From contig NW_027590135.1 of the NCBI RefSeq assembly GCF_964213995.1, positions 1,116,001-1,180,000 of the forward strand: 64,000 nucleotides of DNA, given 5' to 3'. The first letter of the stretch is position 1; each line of letters starts with the position of its first letter. The translations under genes were made by a program, and so were the position numbers. The stretch is from Mustelus asterias (Eukaryota). The notes below the pieces were generated by a model that searched no databases, was not told where the DNA came from, and saw only the letters and a program-made list of their open reading frames with translations. This document shows, piece by piece, positions 63,689-64,000 of this stretch.

Positions 63689-63770
63689 GCTGCGATGGCC
63701 GAGTGGTTAAGGCGTTGGACTTGAAATCCAATGGGGTTTCCCTGCGCAGGTTCGAACCCTGCTCGCAGCG
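63689..63770 (+). tRNA. trnas-uga: tRNA-Ser(TGA), apparently intact
   Basis: GCTGCGA/TCGCAGC acceptor, TGGCCGAGTGG, anticodon loop CT-TGA-AA, long variable arm, GGTTCGAACCC. Confidence 0.94.
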
Positions 63771-64000
63771 AGTGTGTTAAAAGCTGTTTCTTCTCCTCAG
63801 TCGTTTCTTGAAAACTGGTTGCCATTCCTATTGGATTTCGTGAAGGCATCGACGAAATATTGAGTGAAGTGATGGAAAAGAAAACAATAAGAATAGCAGT
63901 TTGATTTTTGTATTTTGGGAGCGGATCGTGGCTCTGGGAGGTGTAGGGTGTGAGGACAGAGGTGCGGGACATGAATAGGACACGGTTCACCGCCCAGTTA

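Noticed and set aside
63689-63770. Selenocysteine or opal-suppressor tRNA
   Set aside because: Anticodon is TGA (reads UCA, Ser), not TCA, and the body is a standard tRNA-Ser.

Overview
Eukaryotic, repeat-rich DNA, most likely from a cartilaginous fish (shark). This is inferred from abundant HE1-like V-SINEs, HER1/CR1-type LINEs and shark-style H1/H2B N-termini. The window holds a replication-dependent histone cluster: H2B(+) at 3.2 kb, then H2A(+), H3.2(-), H4(-) and H1(-) at 30-36 kb, each intronless with a 3' stem-loop and downstream purine-rich element. A tRNA cluster is interspersed: two apparently intact genes (Leu-TAA, Ser-TGA) and about 11 decayed or disrupted copies. The rest is three minisatellite arrays, many CR1/L2/Rex LINE fragments, two or three SINE families, Penelope-like (GIY-YIG) retroelements and two orphan CpG-island promoters. 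Main unexplained signals: (1) minimal type-I hammerhead ribozymes with covarying stems in the Penelope termini, plus a 196-bp fold-back element centred on a dead ribozyme; (2) a Penelope insertion splitting a tRNA-Gly gene with a 13-bp TSD, with other Penelope-related insertions near tRNA genes; (3) a TGAAATTGGCGG element about 210 bp upstream of H2A and H4 that also marks two gene-less histone-like promoters; (4) an H1-box/TG-box pair offset by 354 bp; (5) an H2B carrying Arg at the G75-equivalent position. Coordinates were counted by eye; repeat boundaries are approximate and no searches were run.
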